Below, in pieces: positions 38,828 to 53,800 of a stretch of 64,000 nt of DNA (its first letter is position 1; the number at the start of each line of letters is the position of its first letter). The translations under genes were made by a program, and so were the position numbers. The stretch spans positions 1 to 64,000 of the forward strand of contig LWCA01000030.1 of NCBI GenBank assembly GCA_001642005.1, in the 5' to 3' direction. The notes beneath the pieces were generated by a model. The model was given only the letters and a program-made list of their open reading frames with translations, made no database searches and was not told the origin of the DNA. The stretch is from Intoshia linei (Eukaryota; Animalia; Orthonectida).

Positions 38828-41800
38828 TTACAAATAAATTTGATCGATTTTTAACTTGATTTTAGATTCTTTGATAAGTCTTTCGCTAACTTTAATATTC
38901 TATAATATAATAAAATGATAAAACTACATATTAAAATAAAGTATTAATGTATCTTTATATAAAAATACCTGAAAGCACGTATCTTCATATTCCTTAAGAA
39001 TGGTTTCTTGTTTTTTGGTGACTAGTGATATATAACGCCTTTGTCTACCTTTCAAGAGGTTACGTTCATCTATGAATTTCTTTGTGTAAATGGAAATCAA
39101 TTCACGTTGACGTCTAAAGAATGATAAATTGTGACTACAATAAAAATATATATTAACCTATCCCTTTCCGCTTTATTTTTAATAGTTTTGTCATTGTTTA
39201 AGTTTTTAAGTTCATCCATCTGCTTCTTGGTTTGTTGGGCTTTCAAATCTTTTTCAGATCTAAATTTAGTTGAATTAATGACAACAGTTTGTCAACTTTT
39301 CATGAAATTTTTTCAATTCATCCATTTGTTCCTGTTGTTTAATTATCATTAATTTTAACAACAATTCCTGAGAATTAATCAGATGGGTATGTTGAACTAG
39401 TTGAATTTCATCAGAGAATCTGTCAATCACATTTTTCATTTCTTTCATGTGACTATCATTCTAAATAAAATGTAAAGGTAAATTTAAAACTCAATACGAT
39501 TGTCAAATTAGACTCTTCTGAAAATGTCGAATCTGAAGAAAAACTAAAGAAATTAAATATAATCATTATTAATATATTACCCTTTTTTTTTCTTACTTGA
39601 CACAGCCTTTCTAGCCTTTTTTTTTAAATTTTCTTTGGCCTTGTCCAAATTCTTTAGGTAGCTTTTATTTTCATTAATTTGATTCGCAGTCAGTTTAATG
39701 TATTGTTTGCTTTGCTTCAATTCATTAAAACTAATTTTAAATTCTGCATGGATGGCGGAATCGGACGTGTCTTGATAAATACCATCATTTGCTCCTTTTT
39801 TGGAAATTTCTATTTCTGTCGAAACTCTTGAATCACTTTTACTGTGATTCGTATTGATCGATATTTTAGTATCATTTGCATTGTTTCTCAATATTTGAGG
39901 TTTCGCTGAAGCTCCAGGATCAATCAAGGCGTTCACAAAATCTAAATTTAGCTATCTATCCATTTATTTTTATTTTTTACTTCCAAATTCTTTCGGAACA
40001 TATGTCTTTACAGTTATGTGTATTAACAACTAAATTTTATTACAATTAAAATTTAAATTAAGTTATAAATGATGGCAAATCTGATAGAAATTCTTTAGAA
40101 AAGACATTCATAAAAATAGCAACGATGCATTTAAATTAAAAAGAAAACACCAGTTTTACTTTATTTGCCATCACTTACTTTGTATTGATAACATGAAAAA
40201 TTTGAAAATCAATACCATCGGTAGAGTTAAGGTAAAATTTCCATCGGTTCGCAATGAGACAAAACGTAATCCTATTTATATAATTTACATTTTTTAATAA
40301 TAATACATGTATTATCATAATTTCTAGTCACTATGTATATAAATATATCAGTGGTTTTCACCTTTTTCTGGCTCATTCTATTTTTACGATAAAATTTTAT
40401 TAATTAAAAATTATGACATTCAAAATTTAAATTAATTTCAAATTGATAATAAGTTATTATTAATAACAGTTATATTTCAGTTTACTCTAAATTTTAAGAA
40501 ACATTTTATAACATATTTTCCTATCCTTTTTCTCATAGCTTTTTTGATTAAAAAAAGGGGTAATTTGGTTTATGGTCGTGAAAATATAAATTTATCAAAA
40601 TGAAATTGATCTTATGAAAACTGACTTAAAATTTATATTTTAATTTCTAGGATTGCCAATTTTCCGAATAAATGGTAACAATTCAAAAAGACAGACATCT
40701 ATTCTTAGCAAAATTTTAGGTTTAAGTATGTAAGGATAAGAACAGAATTAACTAAATCAATAATCAGACAGTACTATTATACTATACAGTTTTATTTTGA
40801 TACAACCATGGTAACCTACCTTATCAGTTAACACTTATTACAACATTACCACCTTGTCAACTTGATCACAGGTGTTGATAGTTTAGTAGGAAAATAGAAA
40901 AATTTATATAGATAAAAATGCATGTTCAAAGAAGAATCCACCGACCCGGTTCAGAAACACTGTTCGATATAATACCAACCGTATATTAAAATGAATAAAC
41001 AATTATTTTTAAAGTTATTAATTTGTTTTACGTAGTTACAATGAAGTATACGTTATTTTAATATCTTTTACGTAGAAATTAGCTTAAAAGTTATTGGATC
41101 TACGTAAAAGCTATTAAAATAAAGTATAATTCATTGTAATAACTTAAAATTAAATGGACCCCATTATTTTAATATTTAAATCCTCTTTTTTACCAGATTT
41201 TAGACCATCCAAGGGTAAAACTCGTTGACCAATCATTTTTCCTGTTTCTTCATAAGCTGCTATCCGTATTAGTGCCAACTCTGGCAGAACAATCTTTAAA
41301 AAATAAATTATATATTTTATATATAATCTATACTATAAATATACTGTTTTCAAAGCCCAAAAACGTTGGCCAACATAAAATGCAATTTATTATAGGGTAC
41401 GAATTTTTTTTGAGTGTAGAGGTACCAACTGTGAAGTATTTTGGGAACCGTTGCTCTATATGATTGTTCAACAAATAAAAAAAATTACCTTTCGAAAAAC
41501 AAAGTCTTCTTCATCATAAAATGGGTTTAATCCATTACTTGGCACAATCTTGGTTCTGTGTTCCTTGCGTATTGTATCTGTTGGCAAACCAAACATGTCA
41601 ACTTCTACATAAGTACCAATTCGTTTATCCGACAAAAAATAACCTGATATTACCTACAAAACAAATAAATGATATATTTTCAAATAAAAATCAAATGTAT
41701 CAAAAAATTAAAAATAGATGGAAGACCGCAATGAAAAATTTTAATACAAAGTCTGGTATATCATATCTTAATTTTTATTAAATTTAAAATACTTCAATAA

Positions 41801-44800
41801 TTGACAAACATAATTTATTTTCTTATAAAACATAATTATAATAATAAATAAAATTATAATAATATAATATAAAAAATAAAAAAATTTGATTCACAATCAC
41901 TACCATCTCAGAGAACAAGTAGCTACTAGGTACTTGTCAGGTGATGTTATACAATAGGCGAATCTTTACAATCTAATAAAAAAAACTTTTACCAATATTT
42001 CAAAGGATTGTAATAAATATAAAAATAATATTAACAAAGTTTTATGAATTTTAGTTTCGTTGTTGTAGTTTCTAATTAAAATTTTATTCAAAATGTTTTA
42101 AAAATGAGAATTTGAAATTTAAAATTGCGTAGCAATGAAAAAAAATCCGAAGGAATGAATTATATAGATTTTCACCCATATTTCTTCATTGGAAATGTGT
42201 AAACGTTCAATGAACATTTTTTTTGAAATTGTATGATCAATATTTACATTTTCAATTTTTATTTTATTAGAAATATTTGAAAATATAGGTTGATAATATA
42301 TTAAAAATTATTTTTCATCGGGAATGCGTAGATTTCTCAGGTTTAACTTTTTTATTTATATCAACTGGAATAAGCTCTATCAGAATAATTTTTTTTTAAT
42401 AAAATATTTCGGAAAAAAATATATGAATACTAAAATGCTTTTTTGACCGTGAAGTCGTCACTTATCAGATTTAAACTTTTTATGTGTGTTAACATGATAC
42501 AACACTACCACCTGTAAATTTTTTGAAATTCTAGGGCTGTTTTCAAACACAAAAGAAGAGAATTTTGGGGTTTTGGCCCTGAAGATATAATTGTTTTAAA
42601 TTCTCAAACTCATTTGATTTTCAAAAAATAGGACAATTGTGGTTTTGACCTGTAATATGTGAGATTGGGAGGTTAAAATTTATCTTATTATCATTCCGGA
42701 AAAAACTGTAATTGAAATGTGGACTTTATAAAATTATAAAACTGTTAGTTATTGAAATAAATTGGAACAAACACACACACAAACAAATATTATTACTCTA
42801 ACTTCACAAGTTGCTGCAATCACTCCATCGACTGGCGCTTCAGAAAATGGGTCGAATATGCGGTCTGATCTTCTCATGAAACCACTTTTCAAAAGATATC
42901 TATTATAAATCGAATTTACATGAATATACAAATAAAATTAATGCAATGTATTTAATATAAAATAATAATGTTTTAATAATAAATAAAAATTTATATATAA
43001 TACATCAATATCAAATTTATTAATACCCACAATTTCCGTTATATTCAAATTTTCCACGATTAATTTGCATGCCCAGATCTGGCGTTTGAAAATTTAGAGA
43101 TACCATTTGGCATCCAATATTCCAAAATATCTAATAGAGTATAAGATTCATCATGATAAATATTAGATAGTTAGTTTATTAAACAATGTATCATCTTTCA
43201 AAAATATTAGTAATAATAGTTAATTATCATACATGCAGTTATACATGTATATTATACATGGGTGTCACATTTTTTCAAAAATTTTAGAATTCGATGGGCA
43301 ATTAACACTAAAAGTGTATATTTTTAAAATAGAAAAACTAATTTAAATAAATTAACTGTATAACTCAACACGGAGAATAATATTATATGATCGGTACCGT
43401 TTAAAAGCTCAAACTCCAATTTCCGTTAAAATAAAGTTCAGTTTTAATTTCTCCATAATATTTTTAATGAGGTATTTAAAGTGATAAACGCAACTCGAAT
43501 AGATAGCGTCAAATGTTTTTAATTACGAATTAATTTTAAATTTAAGATTAATTTTACGGATAAATTATATCACTATAAATATTAATTAAATTTAGTTAAA
43601 AACACAATTAATATGTATCTAAAAAAATCACCTGTGGCATAAAATTACTAGAATCAACACGACTGCCTTTGGGGTATATTCTACTGTTTTGCTTTTTATT
43701 GTAGCTACATTTTAATATTAATATATACATTAGGGTAGTGTTTCCCAACCTTTTTAATGATAGGCCCCATTTTCACTCTTAAAAAAATATTTAACCCAAC
43801 AGCCACATTTTTTTGGGCTGGTACAACTCACAAAAATTATTATTAATTCAATTATTACTTTTTACTAAAAACTATAATTTTTTAATATATTATTAATGGA
43901 AAGCTATTATTGACAAAATTCGAGCAAATTATAATAAAATAATGATAAAACAATAATAATTTAATTATTTTTTAGAATTAATGAGATGATAGACCTGATG
44001 ATTATTACAGAATTTCTTAATATTAGGCACTAATGTTATAAGATTTGAACTTAAATCTCCTTGTTTTGAAATTTAGAGTCTATTTATCTTTTTTGTTCGT
44101 ACAAACAGTTTTTAATATTTATCCCACCAAAAAGTTCGTCATGCCCACCAGTGGGGCCTGGCCCACGGTTTGAAAACCCTGCATTAGGGTGTCCACTTTT
44201 GATGTTTGTTTTTTATTAGAAAAATTCGATTTTAAGTATTTATCACTCCAAAAAAAAGAAATCGGTTAATATTTACCCCCTCAAATGTAATAATTGCAAT
44301 TCATACAAAAATGTTAGGATAAATTTAAAATTAACTTTATTTTATATATCATCAGCTTAAATGTTTTTTCTATGGATAATATTTATTTTTTTCTAATAAA
44401 AAAAATATAGACACCCTAATAAATATATATATAAATAAGTAAATATAAAGGTTTATTTAAAATTATTATAAATTACTTGACAAATGAAATTGCACTGTTT
44501 TTATATAAGTTTAATCCAACTAAATAAAGAACTTAGATTACATTATGTATAAAAAAAGGTTTAATTTCTCAACTGTCTTTTATTGGAAATTAGCGTTAAA
44601 AATATAAACCACCACACGACTATTGGCAATACAGGTTTCAATCATAATTATGCACCAGTTTAATGAGAATTTTATATGAAGTATTCCTATCAGGTGAGTG
44701 AAAAGTTTTTAAAATATTTTTACATTTCACTGATATGATAAAATAAAATTACCAGTTTCGTTGAATGATGACATAATAAATTTGCAATCTTTTTCTATAA

Positions 44801-47800
44801 TTGATTATTAAAAAAATCTAAACGCCTATCTATATAATGGTTACATATCAAGAAAATTGAACATTGTACAATCTATACGCAATCAAATGGATCAAGTACA
44901 ATCAAAAATTAATCAGTTATTTTCAAATACAGTCTTATTTCATATTACCATCGTGTTGATGTTTGAGACAACATTGAATTAATTATTAATTTGTGGTTTG
45001 ACCATGAAGGTGTGCGTTTCTGAAGTTAAGATCTACGACAATGTTAATGATTTTAAAACGTTTCCTATAAATTATGTTTTTTTAACTTTTTGGGTTGATT
45101 TTATTTTAAAAAAAAAAAGTGAAAAATTAGTTTTGACCCTGAAAAACTTCACTTCGGGAACTGAAACATAGATATCAACATCCGCTGCGTAAAACTGTAT
45201 TAGAAATTGTGGTTTTAAATAATACGAATGTTAATTATTTAAATACACGGTAACACATACACGGACAGTCAATTTTATATAATAAAAAGATTATATATTT
45301 TGAGGTGTCTTTGACATCAACAACTAATTTTTATTAAAAATTTTAATTTTGCCGTGGATCACATTTGGTCCACATTGAAAATCAAAGATTTAAATAGTAA
45401 TATTAAAATTAGTGATAGGACGAATCAAAAAATAAAATGAAAAAATATAATTTACTTGTTATAATGATTCGCAGAGAACTCACATATGTTCATTTTAAAT
45501 GAAAAGATGTAATTCACGTCCGTATCAACACAACGAAAATGGAAAAGTTAAACGCGCGAACAGGACCTCATGGAAAAACTCAGAGTATTGTATAAACCAG
45601 AATTCACCGACTGGGATGAAAAACTTGACGAGATTGTTTATTCATTTCGAGCACTTCCTTCTTCTAAAACTGGCATATCACCCTTATAACTCGTATTTGG
45701 TCTGAAAAATGACGATAATATGGAAAAGGTCAGTAATCATACAAAGAAATAATAAAGTCCATGAAATATCATTTTGATCAAAAAGTTCAGAAATCTGTTA
45801 TGACATTTATGTTCCAAATTTACCTATAAAATGAAAAAACCTTATAAACAACAAGATCAACGAAATTGTCGTCCACCTAAACATTTAGACAATTACGATT
45901 TAATGTCAACTAATCATATTCACCAGCATAGCATTAAAAATTCATATGAACATATCATTACATATCTTTAATGAAATATCAGGAAGAGCTACGACTCAAA
46001 GAAAATTCTGATCCTCACATACATCAGTGTATTTGTCATTATTAAAATTTGATTGATCAGTCTATAATTGAAAGTAACCGATTACAGGAAATATCTGATT
46101 TTTGATACACTCAATTCTTTATTTTCTTATTAATTAATATATCAATCCTCTTATTATTTTTTATAAATTCTCAATACGCCGACAAAATACTTTTACGGGG
46201 AAGGTGTAGTATCCTAACGATAGTGTTAAATTAAGTTATCCTCATAGTAGTAACCTACAACTACATTAACAATTACTATAATAACAATCTTAGTCTCAAA
46301 CTGAATAACCAAGGTAGAAGTAGATTATCATTATTCTGTATTTAACGTAATTTGAAATACAATTTTATTGTTTAAGCACTAATTATTACTCTCATTAACA
46401 ATTATCATTCTCCCTTATTATCAATATAGACATTACAAAATCTTATTAAAATATTTAATTACTTTCAATTAAATCTTAATCCATAACTATCTTGTCAAGA
46501 ATACTACAATGTCCAATTCAGAATTTGAACTCTATCCTCGCAGAATACAATTATATGACTATAACTACTATGAGATTTAGACATCACATTGAGTTATATC
46601 AAAATTATATATTCGAATCTCGATTAACACGATAGTGATATATCACTGTACTACATGTCTGTATCATAATCTACTTTTTTGGTTTTAAGAAACATAGTGA
46701 AAATACAATAATAAAAAAATTTAAAAACAATAAATCTCAATTTAAATTAAATTTGAAAATCGATAGTCACAAAACATTTTAAATTTAAGATGTTGTCATT
46801 AACAATTAATTAAAACATGCTATCTGTAATAAATTCAAGTTCATATTCATTTCAATAATATACATTAAACATTAATATAACATATAATATAACAATAAGT
46901 GTAGTATCTTTCTGTACAATTAATATTATTAGTTATTCTTGTTAGTTGTTATTTTCAACTCAGTCTTTATTAAAAAATCCAAAATAAAAATAAAAATTTG
47001 ATTATAATTGTAGATTGAAACCCTTTCTTGTATGTATGCTTTATTGATGATACGTTAGATATTATCCTAACTAAATATTTTTAAATCATGATTTGTTGTA
47101 TAATGTTAGATATAAAGTATTGTTGTAATATAAATTTTATATTTAAAATATTTCAATTTTAAGATGATTTACAATGTATTTACAACCAATATGAACTATA
47201 GTTTAATTTATTTAAACTTTACATAATTCTATAGATTATTACATGTTGAGCGATGATAGCGTTGCTACACCTTGATTTACTGAGATTTCTCAGTAAAATA
47301 CATTACAATGTTATTATGTTTAAAATAGTATTCCATTTTAATTTAAATGATTATAGGCGGTTTTCATGTGTATGTAAATTTCTCATATTGATGTTTTGAA
47401 ATTAATTAGATTTTTTTCAAAACAATTATCTCAACTATGAATGGTAATTACTTCATTATTTGAAACTAATTTTATAAAATTAACGATATGCTTAATGAAT
47501 GATGATTGCGTGTACAATAAGATGACACTATTCAACTTCTAACACTATTAATAAATACACCACTATTAATATACATCTTGTACCCATCGAAATATCAAAT
47601 CCTTGAAACTTGACTGGTTGAAAATAATTGACAAATTGGGATAGATATGGATGAACGGTAGTTGTAGCGCCAGTATGTTTGTAGTTTTTCATTATCAAGT
47701 CTTCTTCGTCGTTTACCTATGATAAAAAAAATTTAAAATTGAATAAAGGTAGACGGTCTAGTAAAGTTCTGCAACAAAGCTCGATTTCGCCCAATCTGAA

Positions 47801-50800
47801 TTAGTAATTTGGATCGTGGAGATTACATTTTGAAATTTTTGTTCGATCTTGTATTTAACTTCGTTAATGACTGAACTGAATAATTGTTTATGATTGTAAT
47901 GTTTGTCCTTCGGACCGTGTTGCAAAACTCTAAATCTCTTCAACTATTTCCGTTATCGAACCAACACTTGGAACGTATGATAAAGACCGGTATTATGCCT
48001 AATATGCATAGTTTATAATATAATAAATATACCACTTTAGTATCGACAGGTATTTCCATTTCATCCAACTTCATTCGATTCAATTCGTCAATGCTACTTT
48101 CAGTAGTAACTTCAATACTATTTGAAATTGTATCAACTTGAGACGAATAAGCTAAAATCTTCATAAAAAAATATATATTTAAAAAATACAAGTTTCTTCT
48201 TCATCGACTGACATGTCTAATGATTCAAAAGCTTCATCTCGCAGATTCGCTTCATCTCCAACTTCCGATTTCATATAATTTTCGAGATATACTAAAAAAA
48301 TAAATAATACAATTATTTCATTATTTTCAAAGTTCTTAAAATGATCTCCCGGGTTAATATAATATTACATGGGTTATGAGCAGTGGTCCTCTAATTTTTT
48401 CAGTTTAAAAGCGTTAACCAATTCTATCCTGTGACAAATTTAAAAAAAAATATAATTTTTATAAAATCCAGAAACTACCGGGATGAAAAACTCGGAGACA
48501 ACACTGGACGTCGTTAGTTCAATTATATCTTTAATTTTAATTATTGCAGTGACGAATATAAATCTTAAAATCACAGCCACACGAGTAGTAAAATAAAACT
48601 AAATACAAAATCACTAAATAAAATTCTTTTAAATACTAAGTCGAATTTCGACTGTCGAAATCATTGTTTTTAAACTAACGCAATTAGATAAAACTTAAAA
48701 GTCAATCACAAAATTCACTCACAAAATTTCAAAACAAAGACAATTTAGAAAATTAGATAAGGGCATGTTATTCAGGCAAACCATTTTCTTGATTTTAAAT
48801 CGATAATTTCATAACAAAATAACAAAAATTATTAAAAACTATAAATAAAAATTTACATTTTTCCAATTCTGGATTGAGTTTTTTGTTTTTAATTAAAATT
48901 TTTCGTTTTAAATCCATAGGTGATGGTAAACTTGATCCCTTTTCACACTAGCAATGTAATTAAATAATATCAAAAAAATATTTCAAATTGTCGAAAAAAA
49001 ATTTGTTCACCGGAAAATTCGGTAAAGGTTCCTTATTCAACAAATTTCCCATAATTTCTTCACAATATTTAGCCATTTTGAGTTGTTGTTTTGGTCTAAA
49101 ATTTTAATAAATAAAATTTTAAAATGAATAATCAATTACGAGCAATGATTTTCAAATGATAAAATGACGGGATAATCGGAAGTAACAAATGCAGAATCAG
49201 CTATGGCTACAATAACATCCTTGAATAAAACGTCAGTGCACATTGCTTTCCCATGAGTTATAATTGGTTCATCATTACTACCATCCCAACAATCCAGTTC
49301 GACACATCTACCGAAATTAAAAAAATAATAATATATTGTTTTTGAGCCGTGGCCACTCAAAGCCGAACCTACCAAGATAGCTCCTTCCAACACCCTAATA
49401 TCAAAAATTGGTCTTTAAAAAACATTTTTAAAACAATGCGTAATGCCATATAAACCCAGACACCTCCACGGGTCTTGACTATTTAAATTTGACTCAAAAA
49501 ATAGTTGATATTCAAAAATATTTTCATAAAATATTTAATTTGGAAAATTAGACCCTATTCTACGCAAGTTTATCGTGCCCCATCAGAATGTGGTCACTGT
49601 ACAGTAGATTCTGCTCAGATGACCTCGTATAGCTTGTGCAATGCACATTGTGCATATAAATTAGTAAAACTCATTTATTTTATTATAAAAGTACCTTACA
49701 TTAAAAGTATTATGATTTAAATAAAAATATTGGTTACCTACAACCAGCAAGCAAAACTTGTCTGTAAATCTCCACAGAAGATCTACCTCCAATTTGCCTT
49801 CCAATTAAATAGGTATTGTGAGATGAATTTATAAAATAATCGTTAATTGGATAATCCATTTCCATGTAAGTGTTAATTTGGTCATTAAATATTACCAGAT
49901 TTTCATCTGACATTATATAGTTTATGAAACCATCAAGGGAGAATGATTCTATTTATACATTTACAATTTACTTTTTTGTAATTACCTTCGTTTTTATATT
50001 TTACATTGTTTTCGTAAACATTAACTAATTCAATTACGTCTTTATCAGTAAAAAAAGGATGGAGGATTTCATTCAATCTTTGATTTCTTTGTGACTACAA
50101 TAATTTTTGTATGATTTTAAAAATAAAATTGAATGTTTAAATGAAATTAAATGTAATTTACTATGTCGTTTATATTATTAATCATTTATTGTTGAATATT
50201 AGAAAATTCAAATACAGTAAATTTAAATTGATATTAAATTTTAAAAACGATAGTAAAAAAATATTTTAAATTTATTAATTTATTTTATCAAATCCTAAGT
50301 AACTAGCAAATAAAAATAAAATTTTGATTTCAGAAAATGATACTTATATTTTTAAATTATTCATAAAAAGTCGTAGTGATACCTCGATATAGTCACGTTC
50401 GATTACTTAAATTTTAGTTTATTTAGAAACAATTTTAAGCCAAAATTAGTTTTTGCAATCATAGATATGTAATTTTGAGTTTACATTTCACTCGAAATAA
50501 ACTAAAATTGAAGTAATCGAACGTGACTATATCGAGATATCACTGTACTAGTGAAAAATAACTTTAAATATATTATCAACCAATATTTTTAAATTTTTGT
50601 ATTAACAAAATAACATAAATTAAAAATATAAATATTCATCCTATAATTTTTAAAAAAAGCAAGTGACCGTATTCATATTTTATCCAAAGTTTTAATTACT
50701 AAAATGATATCAAGGTTGTGTTCGGTTAGTGATGACGAAATTTTAAAAGATTGTGTTAGTGTTCGTGCTACGATTAAATTTCGTTAGAGGCTGTTATTTA

Positions 50801-53800
50801 ATTATTTTTATGTTTCTGTTTAATAAATATTTCAAATCGTGCTTGAGACATTCATAGTGAAGTGATTTTCAAATTCGTGTTGCGGTCCGCAACTTGCGGA
50901 CCGTATTACAAAACTTATATACACAACTATTTAATGTCATCTTAGTACAGGATGGTGTGTTCTATTGGCATGTCATAATTGCACTATTCACTATATGACC
51001 CTCTCAACTCCTCTTCACAAACCTGGTAACTTAGATGTATATTACTGGGATATTGGATCCCATTAAAATGTGCTGTGAAGCTCCGTATCATTGTAAGCGA
51101 TGTTAACAGTTTATATTAATAACTACAAATATAGATAACCTCATTTAGAAATTTTTTTATTTTTGATTTAAATAATTTATTGGTTCCATGGGTTCTAAAA
51201 TAAAAAATATATTATTAAAAATTATTTTCAAGTATATTACAACAGAGATATGGAATGTCTGCAAGAAAGATTAATGATACAAAAGTGTAATGATCTACTA
51301 GGTTGAATTCTACTAGTTCACTTAAAAATAAAAAGATCATTATGTCTGGAATCCCGCTGTACGATACAATAAAAATACGACACACATGAACTATAATCAC
51401 ATGACTTTTCCAGTCAGGCAGCTCTGAATAGTTATTCATAATCTTATAATTGCAATTATAATTGAATCTATTCGTACAATGAATACAGATCACTACTGAT
51501 AAAGTGATTTAATACATTTTTAGACATCATTACATTTAAATAGAAGAGTACAACCAAAGCCGAACTTACAAAAGCCAGTATTTTTCTTTTTGGTGGAAGT
51601 AGAATTGCGAGGTCTCGACGAAATTTTGGTAAAATAAGGCTCTCATTTTTGAATATAACTATTTTTTATGTCAAATTTAACTTTATAGTCCAACCCTGTA
51701 GAGGTGGCTAGAAGATACATGTATATGGTACAGCAGGCGTTCTCAACCCTTTTTCGCTGTGGACCCTAAGATGATATTACAAAAAATAAATTAAATAAAT
51801 ACCGCTTCACATAACTTAAAATCAGATTGAAAACTATACATTTAAAAACATCATTTTGGACTGATAGTCACAATCAATTTTAAAATATTAACATCATCAT
51901 ATTTATATTATGTGAATAAAAACAAGAAATGCAGTAATGTCTAAATTTACAAAATTTTACAATTCAAAAAAATAAGAGACATAAAATAGTGTCATATCAA
52001 TAAAGTTTTAATTGAAATTAAAAAAATTTTTATTTTAAACTTTATATTCATGTATGATTCACTGAAACTATAGTAATAAAATGAGAAATTTTCATTACAT
52101 GTCGTTTTTACATGATATGTAAAAATATTTGCAATAAAAGTACAGTGTGTTAAAATAATCCTTAATTCCTTCCATCGGACAAATCATTCGGTATAATTTC
52201 ATAAACTTTTCAAACGTAAAAGAATTTGCATCGATATCTTGGCGCTAAATGTATATTTTGTAGTTATTTTTTTATTTTCGTATAATTATTAAAGTGCATT
52301 AGATTTTACAGTTATAATTACTTTTCCAGTTGGAAAATCCAAGTCGTTTAGAAATTTTGTAATATACTTCTCTGATTTTCCTGAGGCAAATGTGTGTATG
52401 ACACTAATTTGAGAATAGATAAAATTATGATAAGATTTAATTTTTATAACAGTGGTTTTCAAAGGTGAGGAATAAAAATTTAGTTTTTCATACATTTTCA
52501 ATGGAAATTTTCCACTTATAAAATAATTTCTTAAAATAAAATTGATTTAAAATATTTGACATAGTAAATAGCTTTACATATTGAACGAAAATTAATATAA
52601 TTACGACTAATTTTATTTTCAAGGAATCAACTAAGTTTTATTGGGATAAACATCTTGAAATGAGAAAGGATTTGATAACCACTGCCATTTATTATCAATA
52701 ATACTTTTTAATTGGTATTTTATCTTCATGTATCACCTGAAGTTTCAATCGTGTGTAGCTAAAAATATAATTTAATTAATTTTTATTAAGGTACTGTTTT
52801 AGTAGCGTGGTCGTCGGTCCAATATGTCGTATACGATTATTATTAATTAATTCTTGCAATGTTTTTTTCCATAACTAAAAAAAATATGGAAAAATGTATA
52901 TTGTACTTTGAAAGGTAACAATATTTTTAATTTTTTATTTAAACTTTTAAAAAGGGCAAAGCCAACCATCTTTATTATATATCAATCATGTTAAAATGAA
53001 ATACTGGGTTTTTAGCAGTAATTCGAATCATTCTGACAATAAATTATCAAAGTTGTTTTGTGTAGATATGAAGTAACTAATATCCTAATGTATGAGGTTA
53101 ATAGAAAATTTATTAGTGTGCCGAAGCACCACAATACATATGTAAAATAATATTTATATATCAATTTTTTCAATTTAAATTTTAAATAAATAATCATAAT
53201 TTATTTTTAAAATTGAACAATTAATAAAATTCTATACATCCTAATTTATATATATATGCTATGCGATTTTTGTTTGTGTGTGTGTTACGCTTTATTTAAA
53301 TAACTATCCGTTTTAGAATTTTATAAAGTCCACATTTCAATTACAGTTTTTCCGGGGTGTTCCCAAACTTAATTTCAACCTCCCAATTTCACATCTCACG
53401 GGTCAAAAACCCCAGTTGTTCCTCTTTTTGAAAATCAAACGAGTTGGAGAATTTAAAATTTAAAAAAATATATACGCTGATACGGATTTTAAAATCATAA
53501 ACATTACCATAAATTTAAATTTAAAACAATTATATCTTCAGGGCCAAAACCACAAATTACCCTTGTTTTTTTAATGAAAACAGCCCTATAATTTCAAAAA
53601 TTTACAGGTTGTACAGTTATATCCTGTTAACACACACAGAAAATTTCAATCCGATTTAGTGACGACTTCACGGTCAAAAAAGCATTTTAGTATTCATATA
53701 TTTTTTTTCGAAATATTCATTAAAACAAAAAATGTGAAATAATTAAAGGTCCAAAAATTAAAAAAAAAAGATTCTTTTGATAGAGCTTATTCCAGTTGCT

